Assembly (NCBI GenBank): GCA_030770535.1
Contig: JASVEC010000002.1
Location: 186,001 to 250,000 of the forward strand
Length of the DNA: 64,000 nucleotides
From: Batkoa obscura
Lineage: Eukaryota
Direction of reading: 5' to 3'
Position 1 is the stretch's first letter; every line of letters begins with the position of its first letter. The position numbers and the translations under genes are program-made. This document shows, one piece after another, positions 25,477 to 38,435 of the stretch. Under the pieces are notes generated by a model. It saw only the letters and a list, made by a program, of their open reading frames with translations, ran no database searches and was not told the DNA's origin.

Positions 25477-26718
25477 ATGAATAAAACATTCCTATTAGCA
25501 TTATTAGTCAATTTAGTCGTTGGTGAAAGCTATTCTGGTGAAAAAGTATTAGAGTGTGCTTTAGTGAAGGGCAGCAAAGGCAAATTATTTAGTACTTTAG
25601 ATATTTGGGGATATGATTTGCAAGCTAAAACCTTTACCGTACGTGTTTTAGATGATAAAGAATATAAGCTAGTTACTAATAATACAAAATGCAAAGTAAA
25701 AATTGATGATCTTACTGCTCATGTAAATAAACTAGCTGATGCTGAAAACAATAATTTGTCGGTTAAGGCTTCAACTGCTGACCCTTTCTTTAATAACTAT
25801 CAAAGTTATGCTACTATTGGTTCCACTCTTCAACAATGGGCTACACAATATCCAGATTATGCTACTTTTATTCCATCAATTGGTAAATCTACTGAAGGAA
25901 GAGATATCTATGCCTTTAAAATCACCAATAAAAAATCCACTGGTGCTAAAAAAGGAATATGGTTTAATTCAGGATTACATGCTCGTGAATGGATTGGACC
26001 AGCTTCTTCACTATATAGTATTAAAAAATTATTAGAAAATGCTAGTAGTACTGAAGTAGCTGATCTTTTAAACACCTTCGAGTATCATTATACTCCATTA
26101 GCTAATCCAGATGGTTATGAATACAGTCGTAGTACTAGCCGTTTATGGAGAAAAAATAGAAGAAATAATGGTGGTAGTTATGGTGTCGACCTCAATCGTA
26201 ATTGGAATGATCATTGGGGTGTTGTTGGTAGTAGTACTAACCCTCGCTCTGATACTTATCAAGGCCCAAGCCCTAACTCAGAACCCGAAGTAAAAGCACT
26301 TGCTGCTTATGCTTTAAATATTCCAAATCGATATGGTGGTATTGATTTCCATTCCTATTCTCAATTAGTATTACGTAATTGGGGATGGACCACTCAATTA
26401 TCAGCTAATGAAAAATTAGTCAAACCATTAGGAGATGCTATGAGAGACGCTTTTGCAACGAAAGGGTATAACTATGTATCTGAAACATCTGCCGATTTAT
26501 ATCCAGCTTCTGGAGCGCTTGATGATTGGATGGCATCGGTTGGTAAGTTGGTCTCCTTCACAGTTGAGTTATGCCCAGGGGAGGGTTCTTCAATTGGATT
26601 CCAATTGCCCGCTTCTGAAATCGTTAAGTGTTCGGAAGGTTCTTATGCGGCTATTTTGGCTTATTCTAAATATTTGAAGCAAAATCCTAACATTCCACCA
26701 AATACTCCAATTCCTTAA
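25477..26718 (+). CDS. Secreted zinc carboxypeptidase M14A, CPB-like (Asp255)
   Basis: Signal peptide from MNKTFLLALL (ATG 25477) plus prodomain; HAREW, RKNR, DLNRNW, DFHSY, YPASGALDDW and FTVEL motifs. Confidence 0.95.
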   Translation: MNKTFLLALLVNLVVGESYSGEKVLECALVKGSKGKLFSTLDIWGYDLQAKTFTVRVLDDKEYKLVTNNTKCKVKIDDLTAHVNKLADAENNNLSVKASTADPFFNNYQSYATIGSTLQQWATQYPDYATFIPSIGKSTEGRDIYAFKITNKKSTGAKKGIWFNSGLHAREWIGPASSLYSIKKLLENASSTEVADLLNTFEYHYTPLANPDGYEYSRSTSRLWRKNRRNNGGSYGVDLNRNWNDHWGVVGSSTNPRSDTYQGPSPNSEPEVKALAAYALNIPNRYGGIDFHSYSQLVLRNWGWTTQLSANEKLVKPLGDAMRDAFATKGYNYVSETSADLYPASGALDDWMASVGKLVSFTVELCPGEGSSIGFQLPASEIVKCSEGSYAAILAYSKYLKQNPNIPPNTPIP

Positions 26719-27302
26719 ATTTATCATACAATAAATCCCATAATAATTAAGTTATATCTAGAATAATTATATATTCAAACTTTAAATAAAAAATAAATTG
26801 CATGAACTTGAATCTTATTTTAAAAAAATGATACGAGTAAACTAAAAGAATAAAAATGTTTTGTAAAGCAAATGATGAATATCTCTAAGAGCATTAAAAT
26901 ATAGTGTTATTTAATAATACTTGTTGAATTTCATTAAGAAAACACTAAAACAATATAAAAAGAAAAGCATCTATAGCAACATCAATGCTTGATTCATAAC
27001 TTATATTTTATACTATTCTTGCTTATTTAATAACAAAACTATTGATATACTAAATCAATACAGAGATTTTATTACCTTATTCATTTTTTTTGAAGCATAA
27101 AATCTAAATAACTATTAAATACTAAATAAAAGCACATTCGCATATTGATTGGATCTATTCATATCTTGATTATTGTATCAGCGGTAATAGAAATCAGCTA
27201 TTAAATTCATATTGAAAAGTCATTGTTTACTTCAACCTGATTCTTTTTTAAAACAATTTGTTAGAATTTAGATTTCAAAGTTTAAATTTCATATGGGAAT
27301 AT

Positions 27303-27403
27303 GAGGGATGTTTTTTTTAGCTTCATTTTTTCCATCTTTTAAGCGCTATTTGAGTGGAAAGATTGTAGTAAAATTAAAAATAATAAACCAAAAAAACAGT
27401 CCC
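27303..27403 (-). mobile_element. ~98-bp MITE between the two carboxypeptidases
   Basis: TTTTAAGCGCTATTTGAGTGGAAA core; ATAT flanks. Confidence 0.8.
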
Positions 27404-27988
27404 ATATATTTTTTAGAATTTAAAGTTTAGAAATTTTTATTAAAAAGAATATCAAAATCTATTTTGTCTCAAATTTATTAACTTGAGTCTGAGTATTCTA
27501 ATTTTTAAGCCTAAAATTCAAGAAGATCACGTTTTAACTATTGAGCTTTGAAGTGAATACCAGTTAATCAACTTTTGCTGGGTTGGAGTCTACTTGATAT
27601 TGCAACTCCAAAGACTACTTGTAATTTTTTTAATATCAAGTGAAGATTTTATTTTGAGTTAAGATTAAACACAAAGTTGATCATGTTTTTCTTGTTTTAT
27701 GACTTACAATTGAAATTTTTATATTAAATTATAAATATTGAACAAATATCAATATAAAAAAGCATTCATCAATTATAAAATATTGAAACAAAAAGTAATA
27801 TCTAGTCTATTGAATTAATAGCTAATATTAAAATAAACTAAATAAGCCCCTTATAAAAGAACTGAATACTATCTAATTTTCATGTTAAATTCAAATTATA
27901 AAAACTTCGATTTAATAAAAGTAAGACATATATATTAGTTATCATTTTTTATGAATTTTATTTCATTATTTTAATCAATAAAATACGA

Positions 27989-29230
27989 TTAGAGTGGCTT
28001 ATTTGGTGGGATATTTGGGTTTTGTTTGAGATATTTTGAATAAGTTAAAACAGCAGCATAAGTTCCTTCAGCACATTTAACAATTTCAGAAGCAGGCAAT
28101 TGGAATCCAGCTGATGAATTATCTCCAGGACATAATTCAACAGTAAATGACACTAATTTAGCTACGGATGCCATCCAGTCATCGAGAGCTCCAGAAGCTG
28201 GATATAAACCAGCGGATGTATCGGAGGTATAAGTGTAACCTTTAGAAGCATAAGCAGCTTTCATAGCATCTCCTAATGGTTTTAACACATTTTCATTGGC
28301 AGACAATTGTGTAGTCCATCCCCAATTACGTAATACTAATTGACCATAAGAATGGAAATCAATACCACCATATCGATTTGGAATATTTAAAGCATAAGCA
28401 GCAAGTGCTTTTACTTCGGGTTCTGAGTTAGGGCTTGGGCCTTGATAAACATCTGAAGAAGGAGTGGTGCTACTACCAACAACACCCCAATGATCATTCC
28501 AATTACGATTGAGGTCGACACCATAACTACCACCATTATTTCTTCTATTTTTTCTCCATAAACGATTAGTATTACGGGTATATTCATAACCATCTGGATT
28601 AGCTAATGGAGTAAAATGAAATTCAAAGGTATTTAAAAGGTCAGCTACTTCAGTACTACTAGCATTTTCTAATAATTTTTTAAGAGTGTATAAACCAGAA
28701 GCTGGTGCAATCCATTCACGAGCATGTAATCCTGAATTGAGCCATATTCCTTTTTTAGTACTAGTGGATTTTTTATTGGTGATTTTAAAGGCATAGATAT
28801 CTCTTCCTTCAGTAGATTTACCAATTGATGGAATAAAAGTAGCATAATCTGGATATTGTGTAGCCCATTGTTGAAGAGTGGAACCAATAGTAGCATAACT
28901 TTGATAGTTATTAAAGAAAGGGTCGGCAGTTGAAGCCTTGATTGAGAAATTATCAGTTTCAGCATCAGCTAGTTTATTTACATGAGCAGTAAGATCATCA
29001 ATCTTGACTTTACAGAGTGCACTTGAGTTAGCAAGCTTTAACTCCGCTTCATTTTGGACACGTAAGGTATAAGTTTTGGTACTATGATCATATCCCCAAA
29101 TATCTAAGGTGGATAATACCTTTCCTTTTTCATAATTTTGAACGGTACAATCTAACACCTTTTCACCCTGGAAGGTGTTTTTTCCAGCAACTAAACTTGC
29201 AACTAAAGTTAATAATAAATATTTATTCAT
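27989..29230 (-). CDS. Secreted zinc carboxypeptidase M14A, paralog of 25477-26718
   Basis: Same motifs; signal peptide MNKYLLLTLV (ATG 29230); long stretches identical to the + strand paralog. Confidence 0.95.
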   Translation of the reverse strand: MNKYLLLTLVASLVAGKNTFQGEKVLDCTVQNYEKGKVLSTLDIWGYDHSTKTYTLRVQNEAELKLANSSALCKVKIDDLTAHVNKLADAETDNFSIKASTADPFFNNYQSYATIGSTLQQWATQYPDYATFIPSIGKSTEGRDIYAFKITNKKSTSTKKGIWLNSGLHAREWIAPASGLYTLKKLLENASSTEVADLLNTFEFHFTPLANPDGYEYTRNTNRLWRKNRRNNGGSYGVDLNRNWNDHWGVVGSSTTPSSDVYQGPSPNSEPEVKALAAYALNIPNRYGGIDFHSYGQLVLRNWGWTTQLSANENVLKPLGDAMKAAYASKGYTYTSDTSAGLYPASGALDDWMASVAKLVSFTVELCPGDNSSAGFQLPASEIVKCAEGTYAAVLTYSKYLKQNPNIPPNKPL

Positions 29231-31691
29231 TTTGATTAAATTCAATGATTTGTTTAATTTTTCAATTGGAGTTTTTGTGGCTATTTATACTCTAACACCA
29301 GATATGTTGATAAACCTCTAAATTTTACTTATGACTTTTTAAAAGTCATCTTCTTTTAGCGATTTTTCAATAACACTTGTTAGTATTCCTAAAATTAGGT
29401 GATTTAATGTATTATTAATATTGAAGATTTAATAAAAAAGAATGAGCATAAACAAAGGAGTAAGAGTTGAATGGCATTAAAATTTATCTATTAAAACCAA
29501 ATTTTATAAATTAAATAATCACTATTATTATTATTTTTTATTCGCTTTAAAAGGAAAGCTTGCATTTTATACACAATGATTTTATTTGACTATATATATC
29601 TCATGATTTTAGTTAGTTGTCTAAACTGAATATAATATTAGTTAATCCGATCAGAAGGTTAAGGAATGTGACGCTATTAAAAAATTAATGATGAAATTAA
29701 ACAAAGGACTTCTATAAATTATCAATTCATTTGATTTGTTTCCCGAATTGGAATGACTTGATGGCATGTCATCCAACACGTTAATGAGTAAGTAAAATTT
29801 TAACTGTCTAAATATGTAGCTATCTTAATTTATAAATTATAGGATTCAAATGTTATCTTATATTATTATTTGATTGTATCATTCGCAAAACTCACTCATT
29901 TCTTATTCTTTTTATGTTTTTAACTATTGTATAGAATTATATACAAACATCAACAATAAGTTGATTCGCACTTTAGCTATCGTATTGAGAGAATCCAATA
30001 TCAGTTGCTAAGTTTTTGTACTTTTTTGTTTTATTATTTGAATGGTTCGAAGTATATCTTTTTGGACTAAGATATTTAATATATGATATATCTCCAAGAC
30101 AGAATCAAAGACAGTCCTAATTTACAGTATAAATAATTTATTAATAAATAATATCAGTAAACTAATGATCTTTTATGTTTTTGAGCTTGAGACGTTCTTA
30201 TTCACAATACTCTACAAATTAGATTTTACTACTAACGTGTAAAATGATCAAAATAGTACATATCATATCAAGCATATCAAGTTGCACATAAAATCTATTA
30301 AATAAATCTGTTTTTTATGTTAAAAAATAGCTATATTAATATAGTGATAGGGTCAATATAAAGTGTGAGTGAGTATAAAAATAGCTTTTAATGTAACATA
30401 AATAAGCTATAAATTCACGGTTTAAAGTTTACAATATTTTAAATTTAAAGCTATTTCTAAATCTCTAAAATAATCTCAAATATTTAGTGAATATATCATT
30501 AGATTCCTTAAACTTGACTAATTAGCTTTGTGATTGGATAATTTTAAAAACTGGGAAATTATCACAACATAATAGTGGTGCTTAATGGCTGAAGTGTGGT
30601 AATAAGTATTTACAGGTTTTTAGAAAGAAAATGAGATTAAAGTAAACTAAAAAATCGTCAAGAAACTATTGACCTCAGTTTTATTTTGTTGCAATACAAT
30701 TATATTAAAATGTAATACTAAGTACTAAGTTACTTTAAATTAATGGATAAACCCAAAAACTCGGTCTAAGCTGAAGATAAAGCTTTACAAAACTTACTCT
30801 AAATTTTGCCCTTATAAAATTTAACAAGGATTATCCTTTTTCTTATTTTATCCACTTTTTATGCAACGTAAAATTAAACAAGATTAATTGTTAAACTGGA
30901 AATTAAAAAAGATATTCATGTATGCTTATTCTAAAACTACAAAAAATAACTGTTTTATAGCATTTACACTTAATTTTTAATTTTAGCATAAATAAAAACC
31001 GGAAAAAGTGAATCGTTGATTAATTTATTCCAATTTGAAATGCACCAAACTTGGTCTTTAGAGTTTAAATTCAGATGTGTAATGTTTTTCAAAAAAAAAC
31101 TAATAGTCGTCAAATTTTTTTCAAAATTTAATTCATGAGCTTTAGTTTGACCTAAAATTTTATTTTTAAATAAACTGTTAGTTACTACACATTTGAATAT
31201 AAACAATCATACTTTAATTATTAGAAACTAGTCCAACTTCAAAAGAATTTCATACATTGGAGTATTAGCTATAATGATAGTAATATTAAAAGAAGAATAA
31301 CCGCTTAATAATGCAAACGGAAGTAATTAATGTCCATTTTTAAATTTAAATAAAATAATAGGATAACATGATATTTAAAAGAAATACAATAGATATGCAA
31401 AAGAAGTAGTAATTATCAGTTGACAATAAAAATAGCCGCCTATTAAATAATTAAAACCTTTTATTATCATGCAGGATAAAAGTAGGAATAAAGGTGGTAA
31501 CAAGAAGCAGGGAAGAATTATTTTAGAATATCATTTTAATAAAATATTAATTAGAATAAATATAATAACTAATTGATGCTCCCTAAATTTAATTCCATTA
31601 TAATATTTGATTTTTTATTTAAAATATGTGGTTTCAGTCGCAATATATAAGAGAGCATTGTAAATCAAAGTCCAACTCATATTTTCTAATT

Positions 31692-32462
31692 ATGAAACCA
31701 ACTATTTTCTTGTCTTTTTTATCTCTTGTAGCTTCTCAAACTAAAGAAGATAATATTTTTCCACCATCTCGTATTGTTGGCGGTTATGAAGTATCTCCTA
31801 AATTTAAATATCCATGGATGGCTTCTCTTCAATATAACGGTAGACATTCATGTGGTGGTGCTTTGATTAATGGCAACACTATTATATCCGCTGCCCATTG
31901 TGTTATAGGTGCTGATTCTTCTTGGAAAGCTTCTATTCATCGACATAATTTAACATTAACTCCTAAAGCTGAAGGCGGTAAGACTTACCAAGTTATTGAG
32001 CGCATTTCTCATCCTTTATATGACGCTTCAACCAATGCAAATGATGCTGCTATTTGGAGAATCGATAGTACTGATTTTTCACCTACAGGTGTAATATTAG
32101 ATGATGGAAAGTACTCTAATAAGGATGATACTCTTTTGAAGGTCATCGGATGGGGTACTACCTCATCTGGTGGCGCCGTATCTAAAGTACTACTCGAAGT
32201 TAAAGTACCAGTATTTAACGCTGACAAATGTAAGAAAGCATATCCAGATTTAGACACCGTTACCCAATTTTGTGCCGGATATCCAGAGGGTGGTAAAGAC
32301 TCATGTCAGGGTGATTCTGGAGGCCCTATGTTTATTGAAGAAAACAAAGTACCAGTATTAGTTGGTATTGTTTCATGGGGTAGAGGATGCGCTCTTAAAG
32401 GTTATCCAGGTGTATATACTCGTACTTCAGCTGTTACTAATTTCATCAAACAATATTTATAA
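31692..32462 (+). CDS. Secreted trypsin (S1A) 1
   Basis: Signal peptide MKPTIFL; activation site R|IVGG; SAAHC, ND, GKDSCQGDSGGP (D189 trypsin pocket). Confidence 0.96.
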   Translation: MKPTIFLSFLSLVASQTKEDNIFPPSRIVGGYEVSPKFKYPWMASLQYNGRHSCGGALINGNTIISAAHCVIGADSSWKASIHRHNLTLTPKAEGGKTYQVIERISHPLYDASTNANDAAIWRIDSTDFSPTGVILDDGKYSNKDDTLLKVIGWGTTSSGGAVSKVLLEVKVPVFNADKCKKAYPDLDTVTQFCAGYPEGGKDSCQGDSGGPMFIEENKVPVLVGIVSWGRGCALKGYPGVYTRTSAVTNFIKQYL

Positions 32463-34065
32463 AATTAAAAAATTAATTTTAGACACTTAATAAAAATAAT
32501 TCCAATATGAGCTAAACTTTTCTGTTTTTCATAGTTATTTGTTTAATTTTACTCTTGAAATAAAAAATTGACTATTTTAGAATGTTGGTAGCAGATTTGC
32601 ATCAGACCATATTTGTAGTTAATTTATAACTTTAATTACATATTGAGGTTACAAATTTTGTTTTGGAAAGTTAGTCAAGATAACTCCTGACTGACAACGA
32701 CTTTCAATACTTCTCCAAAACCTTTGACTTCGGCCCTTATTGCAGATCAGGTACAGGCTTTCTTTAGGAAGATTTCAGTCTAAATTTACAGTCTAAATTT
32801 CAGTAAAATCCTTGTCATATTTCAGAGTATTTGTCCACTATACAAAGTACCGAAGAGCTAATAAAAACAAGTTTGAAATACATAAAAATCAAAAACTTGT
32901 TTTAGATTCATGCTTTATTTTATCATTCTAATCTATATAAGATAAATAATAAATTTTAACTAAGCTATTATTAATCTGGGATACTTGAACAAGAATTCAA
33001 TTATTAGTATTTATATGAGAAGTAGGAGACTACTCATCTTATTTTAAAAATGAGTTAACAAGATAAGCCATTATTAAAAATGTTTTTTATCTCTCTAGTT
33101 ATTATATATTATCCCTTTCAATGTAACATATTTTTAATTTTTGAAATAAAATTTAAAGCTTTTCTGTGATTTTAGTCTAGGATTTTTATGGTGAATGTTA
33201 TATGATAACATTAAAGCTTATTCTTTAAACAAATGCTAAAATATAAAAAATATAAAGAATAATATACTATGAGATATTGAAATGTACTTTAGCTAAATTT
33301 TAATACAACTTTTTTTTTATATAATTAAAGCCAGATGAGTTCATCATATATACGAAATTCCGTAGTTTATTTTACAGTTTATATAAATATAGAGCTATAC
33401 TCCTCAAATTAAGACCAATAGTATCAAAAAACTATCTAATCTGATCAGTCTAAAAGTATATTTTATAAAAATAAGTAAAAGCGAAAATTTTAATATAAAT
33501 CTTGTACACTAATCACACAATTAATAAAGTAGCTTAGAGTGCCTTTTTGTTTATCATCTAAAACAAAATTTATTGAACTAGATATTTGAAACCTGATAGC
33601 ATATTATAAATGTGTTTATTCTTTATATAAACTTAGTATATTTAATGTACTATTTAATAAAATGTGACCTACAGTAAAAAGCAATAGTTGAAGACAGGCA
33701 CATGCGCAATATAAAGGAACCATTACTATAATACAAATATAAGCAATGGTATTAGAATGTCATATTATATTTTTAAGACAAAAATGGCAATAATAATATT
33801 ATTTAATAAAAAACAAAGGTTTGCGTTTTACTAAATTAATTGAACTTAAATAAATTAAAAATAAATACTAGCCTTTAGCAAATTAAAAACTAATAACATG
33901 ATCGTGTTGCATCATTTTTGAAAAAAACTAGTGACCAAATAATGGTCATCCTTAAAACAATAAAATTTGTATGCTAAACTTGAAATATTAGTAGCTAAGT
34001 AATTGATAACAAGCTATAAAAGCAAGTTCAAGAACTCAAGTTTTAGTTATCAATTTATTGAAAAC

Positions 34066-34839
34066 ATGAAATCTGCTATTTTATTATCTCTTTTATCTCT
34101 TGTAGCTGCTCAAACCAAAGAAACTGGTCTTTTCCCACCTGCTCGTATCGTTGGTGGTTATGAAGTCTCTCCTCAATTTAAATACTCATGGGTAGTTTCT
34201 CTTCAGTATAATGGTAGACACTCATGTGGTGGTACTTTAGTTAATGGAAATACCATTGTATCCGCTGCTCATTGTGTCATTGGTGCCGATTCTGCCTGGA
34301 AAGCTTCCGTTCATCGTCATGACTTAAGCAAAACTCCTGAAGCTGAAGGCGGTAAGACTTATAACGTTGTAAAGCGCGTTAAGCATCCTCTTTACAACAC
34401 TTCAACCAACGCATATGACTCTGCTGTTTGGAAGATTGATGCCCCAGCTGGTCCATCCACTGGTGTATTATTAGATAGTGGTAAATGGGCTAATGCTGAT
34501 AACACTCTCTTAAAAGTTATTGGATGGGGTACTACTTCATCTGGTGGTGCAGTATCTAAGGTATTACTCGAAGTCAAAGTACCAGTCTTCAATGCTGATC
34601 AATGCAAAAAGACTGCTTATGGTACTCTTGACACTACCACTCAATTCTGTGCTGGTTACCCAGAAGGTGGTAAAGACTCATGCCAAGGTGATTCTGGAGG
34701 TCCATTATTCATTGAAGAAAACAATGCTCCAGTATTAGTTGGTATTGTTTCATGGGGTAGAGGATGCGCTCTTAAAGGTTATCCAGGTGTATATACTCGT
34801 GCTGCCGCTGTTGCTGATTTCATCAACCAAAATTTATAA
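34066..34839 (+). CDS. Secreted trypsin (S1A) 2
   Basis: MKSAILL...R|IVGG, SAAHC, GKDSCQGDSGGP. Confidence 0.96.
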   Translation: MKSAILLSLLSLVAAQTKETGLFPPARIVGGYEVSPQFKYSWVVSLQYNGRHSCGGTLVNGNTIVSAAHCVIGADSAWKASVHRHDLSKTPEAEGGKTYNVVKRVKHPLYNTSTNAYDSAVWKIDAPAGPSTGVLLDSGKWANADNTLLKVIGWGTTSSGGAVSKVLLEVKVPVFNADQCKKTAYGTLDTTTQFCAGYPEGGKDSCQGDSGGPLFIEENNAPVLVGIVSWGRGCALKGYPGVYTRAAAVADFINQNL

Positions 34840-35489
34840 TTTTTTGAATAAAAATTGAATTATTTTAAACTGGAGTATTTTAATTTTTAAATCTACTTTT
34901 AGCTAACTAATGTTTTTACGATCACAACTATTACTAATACTTGCTAATACATTTTAAAAACTAGCTTTTAGCATCTTTCATAAGCCAAAAAATTTAAGTA
35001 AGTTGAGATAATTTAAAATTACCAGCTCTAGAAACTATAGCGTGTATATTTATTGAGTTAGTTTACATAAAAACAAATTATACAAAACAACACAACCCAA
35101 TTAAATTCATTAGAAATATGCTTATTTCATATGCTATAACGACTTTAAAGATTAAGCCTAAGGTTATATTATATCAGATATGTAAATTGCTTGATTGTTG
35201 CTGTTTTGGTTTCCATTTTTCATACTACTTTTAATATTACCATAATTTGATAAAAATCGATTAAAAACTTATTAAAACAACCTTATTTTAAAAATGATAC
35301 AATTTAGCTTAAAATAATTTTTTTATATTATATCTTAAACTTGTGTCATTGAGAAGTAAATTAAAGAGCTATTATATACTATAGAATGAAATACGTTACA
35401 TTACAAGACTTTAACTAGGTTATGTTATAAGTAGGTATCATCAACATCTTTTTTATGGTTCTAATCTAATGATAGAAAATTTAGTAATT

Positions 35490-37953
35490 GGGGCTGTCCT
35501 AATTGGTTTCAGAATCTACTTAGAAATTAATCCAAATTTAAAATTCCAAGTTTGTGTTCAATATAACGGTTAAATCTAAAAAGCCTAAAATTAAATGTCT
35601 CTATTTAAAACTTATTTTAATTGTTTCCTTTTCTTAAATAGCTAATTTTCCTAACTATATATTTTATGTTAGTTCTGTTAGATATTTAACAGATATATAA
35701 TATATAACTATATGATTATATAATTATATAAATACATAATTATATAAACACAGTTATTTGACTTTATTTGACTTTATTTTTTGTTGAAATAAAAATAAAA
35801 TGCAAACTTTCATAACTAAACTTCGAAATGGAATTTTTGAAAACTTCAATACAATAGGGAGGAGTACGCAATATAAACATTGTAATTCATTTACATCAAT
35901 TTTAAGAGCTACTTATAACAACCCAAGGTTCATGGAATTTTATAATAAAACAAAACAAAGAAAAGATATATTATCAAAGTTTACTATCGATAATAATAAA
36001 CTTAATCAAGTAATGTATAAAATTAGTGCTTTAAGGGAAACAGGAAACAAAAGTCAGCAAGTAGCGTTATTATCAACTATAGCTTCAGTATATTCTTTTG
36101 ATCAATGTAAGAGTTTTGGGTTTAATATAAATAGAAATCAATATGATTATTCAAAAACAAGTAATAATAATAAAATATCAACATTAAAACCTATTATTAA
36201 AAATACAAAAAAAATTAAAGATGACCAAATTGAAACTATCATACAATATTTACTAAATGATTCAACTATTTCATCAAGATTTAATAAAAAAAATAACGAT
36301 AGTAAATATTCATCAGATAATATATATATATTAAATAAAAGTAGAAGAATGATATATAGTAAATATTTGAATGATCTAAGAGATAAAGCAGTAGCCAGGT
36401 CAACGTTCTTTAAATATATACCAACTAATTTCAAAAATCCAGCAAGAAAAACGGATCTATGTAATATATGTACCCAGTATACAGTTAGAAAAAAGTTATT
36501 TGAAAATAAAATAAATACAGCAAAAAACAAAGCAGAGATAGAAGAAATTTTCAACGAAGAAGAAAAATTATACAAATTACATAAATTCTGTGTTGATACT
36601 CAAAAAAACACATTTAATGAAACTATCAAAAAATTAAATAACAAAAGTTGTATAATAGTTTTAGATTTTAAACAAAATATGGAAATAGGGACAAGACCAG
36701 ATTCAATAAATTTAGATCATTATAATAAACAAGCTATATCAGTATTAGGCTTTGGTGTATTATATTTAAAAGATGATAAAACAATAGGCAAAGTTTACTT
36801 TGATTATTTATCTGAAATATTGAATCATGATTCAGCATATGCAGGAGATTGTTTAATCGATTTAATCTCTACAGAGCTTCTATTTAAAAAGTTTACAAAA
36901 ATTAATATATGGGCAGATACAGGAAATCATTTTAGATCCCAAGAGTTCTTACATTATATGTTTAAAGAAATTCATAAAATAAATAGTAGTTTGAATGTTA
37001 ATCTTAATTTTTTTGCTGAGCATCATGGAAAAAGTATAGTTGATGGACATTTTGGAAACCTTTCAAAATGGAAAAGTAGTTTTGAAGCGTTAGGTAAAAT
37101 AGAAGATATCGATCAATTAATTTCAAGATTTGAGGCTTTTATTTGCGAGCATAATAAAATTAATAACTCGACTGTTAATAATGGGAAAACAGATATAATT
37201 TTTAAAAAGTATAAAAGAAACAAAAATACAAAAAGAATAATAGAGATGCAGGGCATTAAGAAGTATTTACATTTTATTAAACATAACAATAAACTACATT
37301 GTTATCCAGTATCTGATACATCAAAAAAAAGCGATATAGTCCCAATTAAAGTTATAGAGTCTATAGAAAACAGAAAAATTAAAAGATCGATCCCAGCTTA
37401 CCTTACGAAGATAACAGAGAATTTAAAAATTTCGATATTTACTAAGCAAGTAAGTAGTTTGTTGAATGATAGAAATAGATTGTTAAATGTTAGGATTACT
37501 TAAGTTATTGGTAGCTAAGTTAATAAATAGTCAAAGAACAAGTAACTGTAATAATATGTAAAAACTATTATTACTTGTACTATATAGGGATGGTCAATTA
37601 TAGTTTTGGGGCTGACCACTCCCTCCCATGCAGCTATTTATTAACTTGGCAATATATTAATAATGTAATTATAACATTAAAGTAGTTTATTTATTTGATA
37701 ATAAATCTACGATGTTGGTTATAAAGCAGTTGATAATAAATATTTCTCAATTAAGCTTTATAAGAACATGTATTTAAGATCTAGTAGAAATTCAACTAAC
37801 TTACAGTATGAGCTATAATATAATGGTTTAGAACTGTGTTTGGGTACTTTTGTTTTAATAAAAGATGTGATTTTATAGAATTTTAAGCGAAGTTTTTAAA
37901 ATACAAATTTTTTCAAAATTGGATAAAATAATGAAACTAATTCAGACAACCCC
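35490..37953 (+). mobile_element. Intact 2464-bp Sola-like transposon inside the trypsin array
   Basis: Same TIRs; AATT TSD on both sides. Confidence 0.95.
35800..37503 (+). CDS. 567-aa DDD transposase (Sola-like)
   Basis: Differs from the 22640 copy at only a few residues. Confidence 0.88.
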   Translation: MQTFITKLRNGIFENFNTIGRSTQYKHCNSFTSILRATYNNPRFMEFYNKTKQRKDILSKFTIDNNKLNQVMYKISALRETGNKSQQVALLSTIASVYSFDQCKSFGFNINRNQYDYSKTSNNNKISTLKPIIKNTKKIKDDQIETIIQYLLNDSTISSRFNKKNNDSKYSSDNIYILNKSRRMIYSKYLNDLRDKAVARSTFFKYIPTNFKNPARKTDLCNICTQYTVRKKLFENKINTAKNKAEIEEIFNEEEKLYKLHKFCVDTQKNTFNETIKKLNNKSCIIVLDFKQNMEIGTRPDSINLDHYNKQAISVLGFGVLYLKDDKTIGKVYFDYLSEILNHDSAYAGDCLIDLISTELLFKKFTKINIWADTGNHFRSQEFLHYMFKEIHKINSSLNVNLNFFAEHHGKSIVDGHFGNLSKWKSSFEALGKIEDIDQLISRFEAFICEHNKINNSTVNNGKTDIIFKKYKRNKNTKRIIEMQGIKKYLHFIKHNNKLHCYPVSDTSKKSDIVPIKVIESIENRKIKRSIPAYLTKITENLKISIFTKQVSSLLNDRNRLLNVRIT

Positions 37954-38336
37954 AATTAAATTCTGTTTATAAATATTTTCTTTATAAAAATTCATTGTAA
38001 TTATTTATGATGAGGATTAATAGTTCAAGTAAAAAACAAGTTTGAGTTGTTTAAGCTATTATAGAAATTTATAAAACTTTTTATTTATGTGATGTTTTTA
38101 TGTTATTTTTATATCATTATTTTATGTTTATAAATATATATCAAACATACTCAGAATAGAATTTACTATTTTATAGCTATTTAAAATTTGTTGTTATTTA
38201 TAAAAAAAATAAATATAAAAACATTTATGATTATGTTATATGAACTACTTATTAAAAAATAAAATTAACTGAAAATGCAAAATAAATACAAAGTAAAATA
38301 TTTTAAAAATATTTTGTAAATTTTAATCTATTAACT

Positions 38337-38435
38337 GTGAATGTTTTTTTTGACACCATTATTTTTTCCATTTTTTAAGCGCTATTTGAGTGGAAAGTTT
38401 GTTAGTAAAGTTCTTAAACACAAAAATACATCCTC
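38337..38435 (-). mobile_element. ~98-bp MITE
   Basis: Core match; AACT duplicated on both sides. Confidence 0.85.

Noticed and set aside
25739..26677. Overlapping short ORFs within the carboxypeptidase, trypsin, M64, CE4, GPCR and L16 genes
   Set aside because: Alternative-frame or antisense shadows of well-supported genes.
29331..29349. Short inverted repeats upstream of protease genes (ATGACTTTTTAAAAGTCAT; TGACCA-N5-TGGTCA at about 33932)
   Set aside because: Single occurrences with different spacing; expected by chance in AT-rich DNA.
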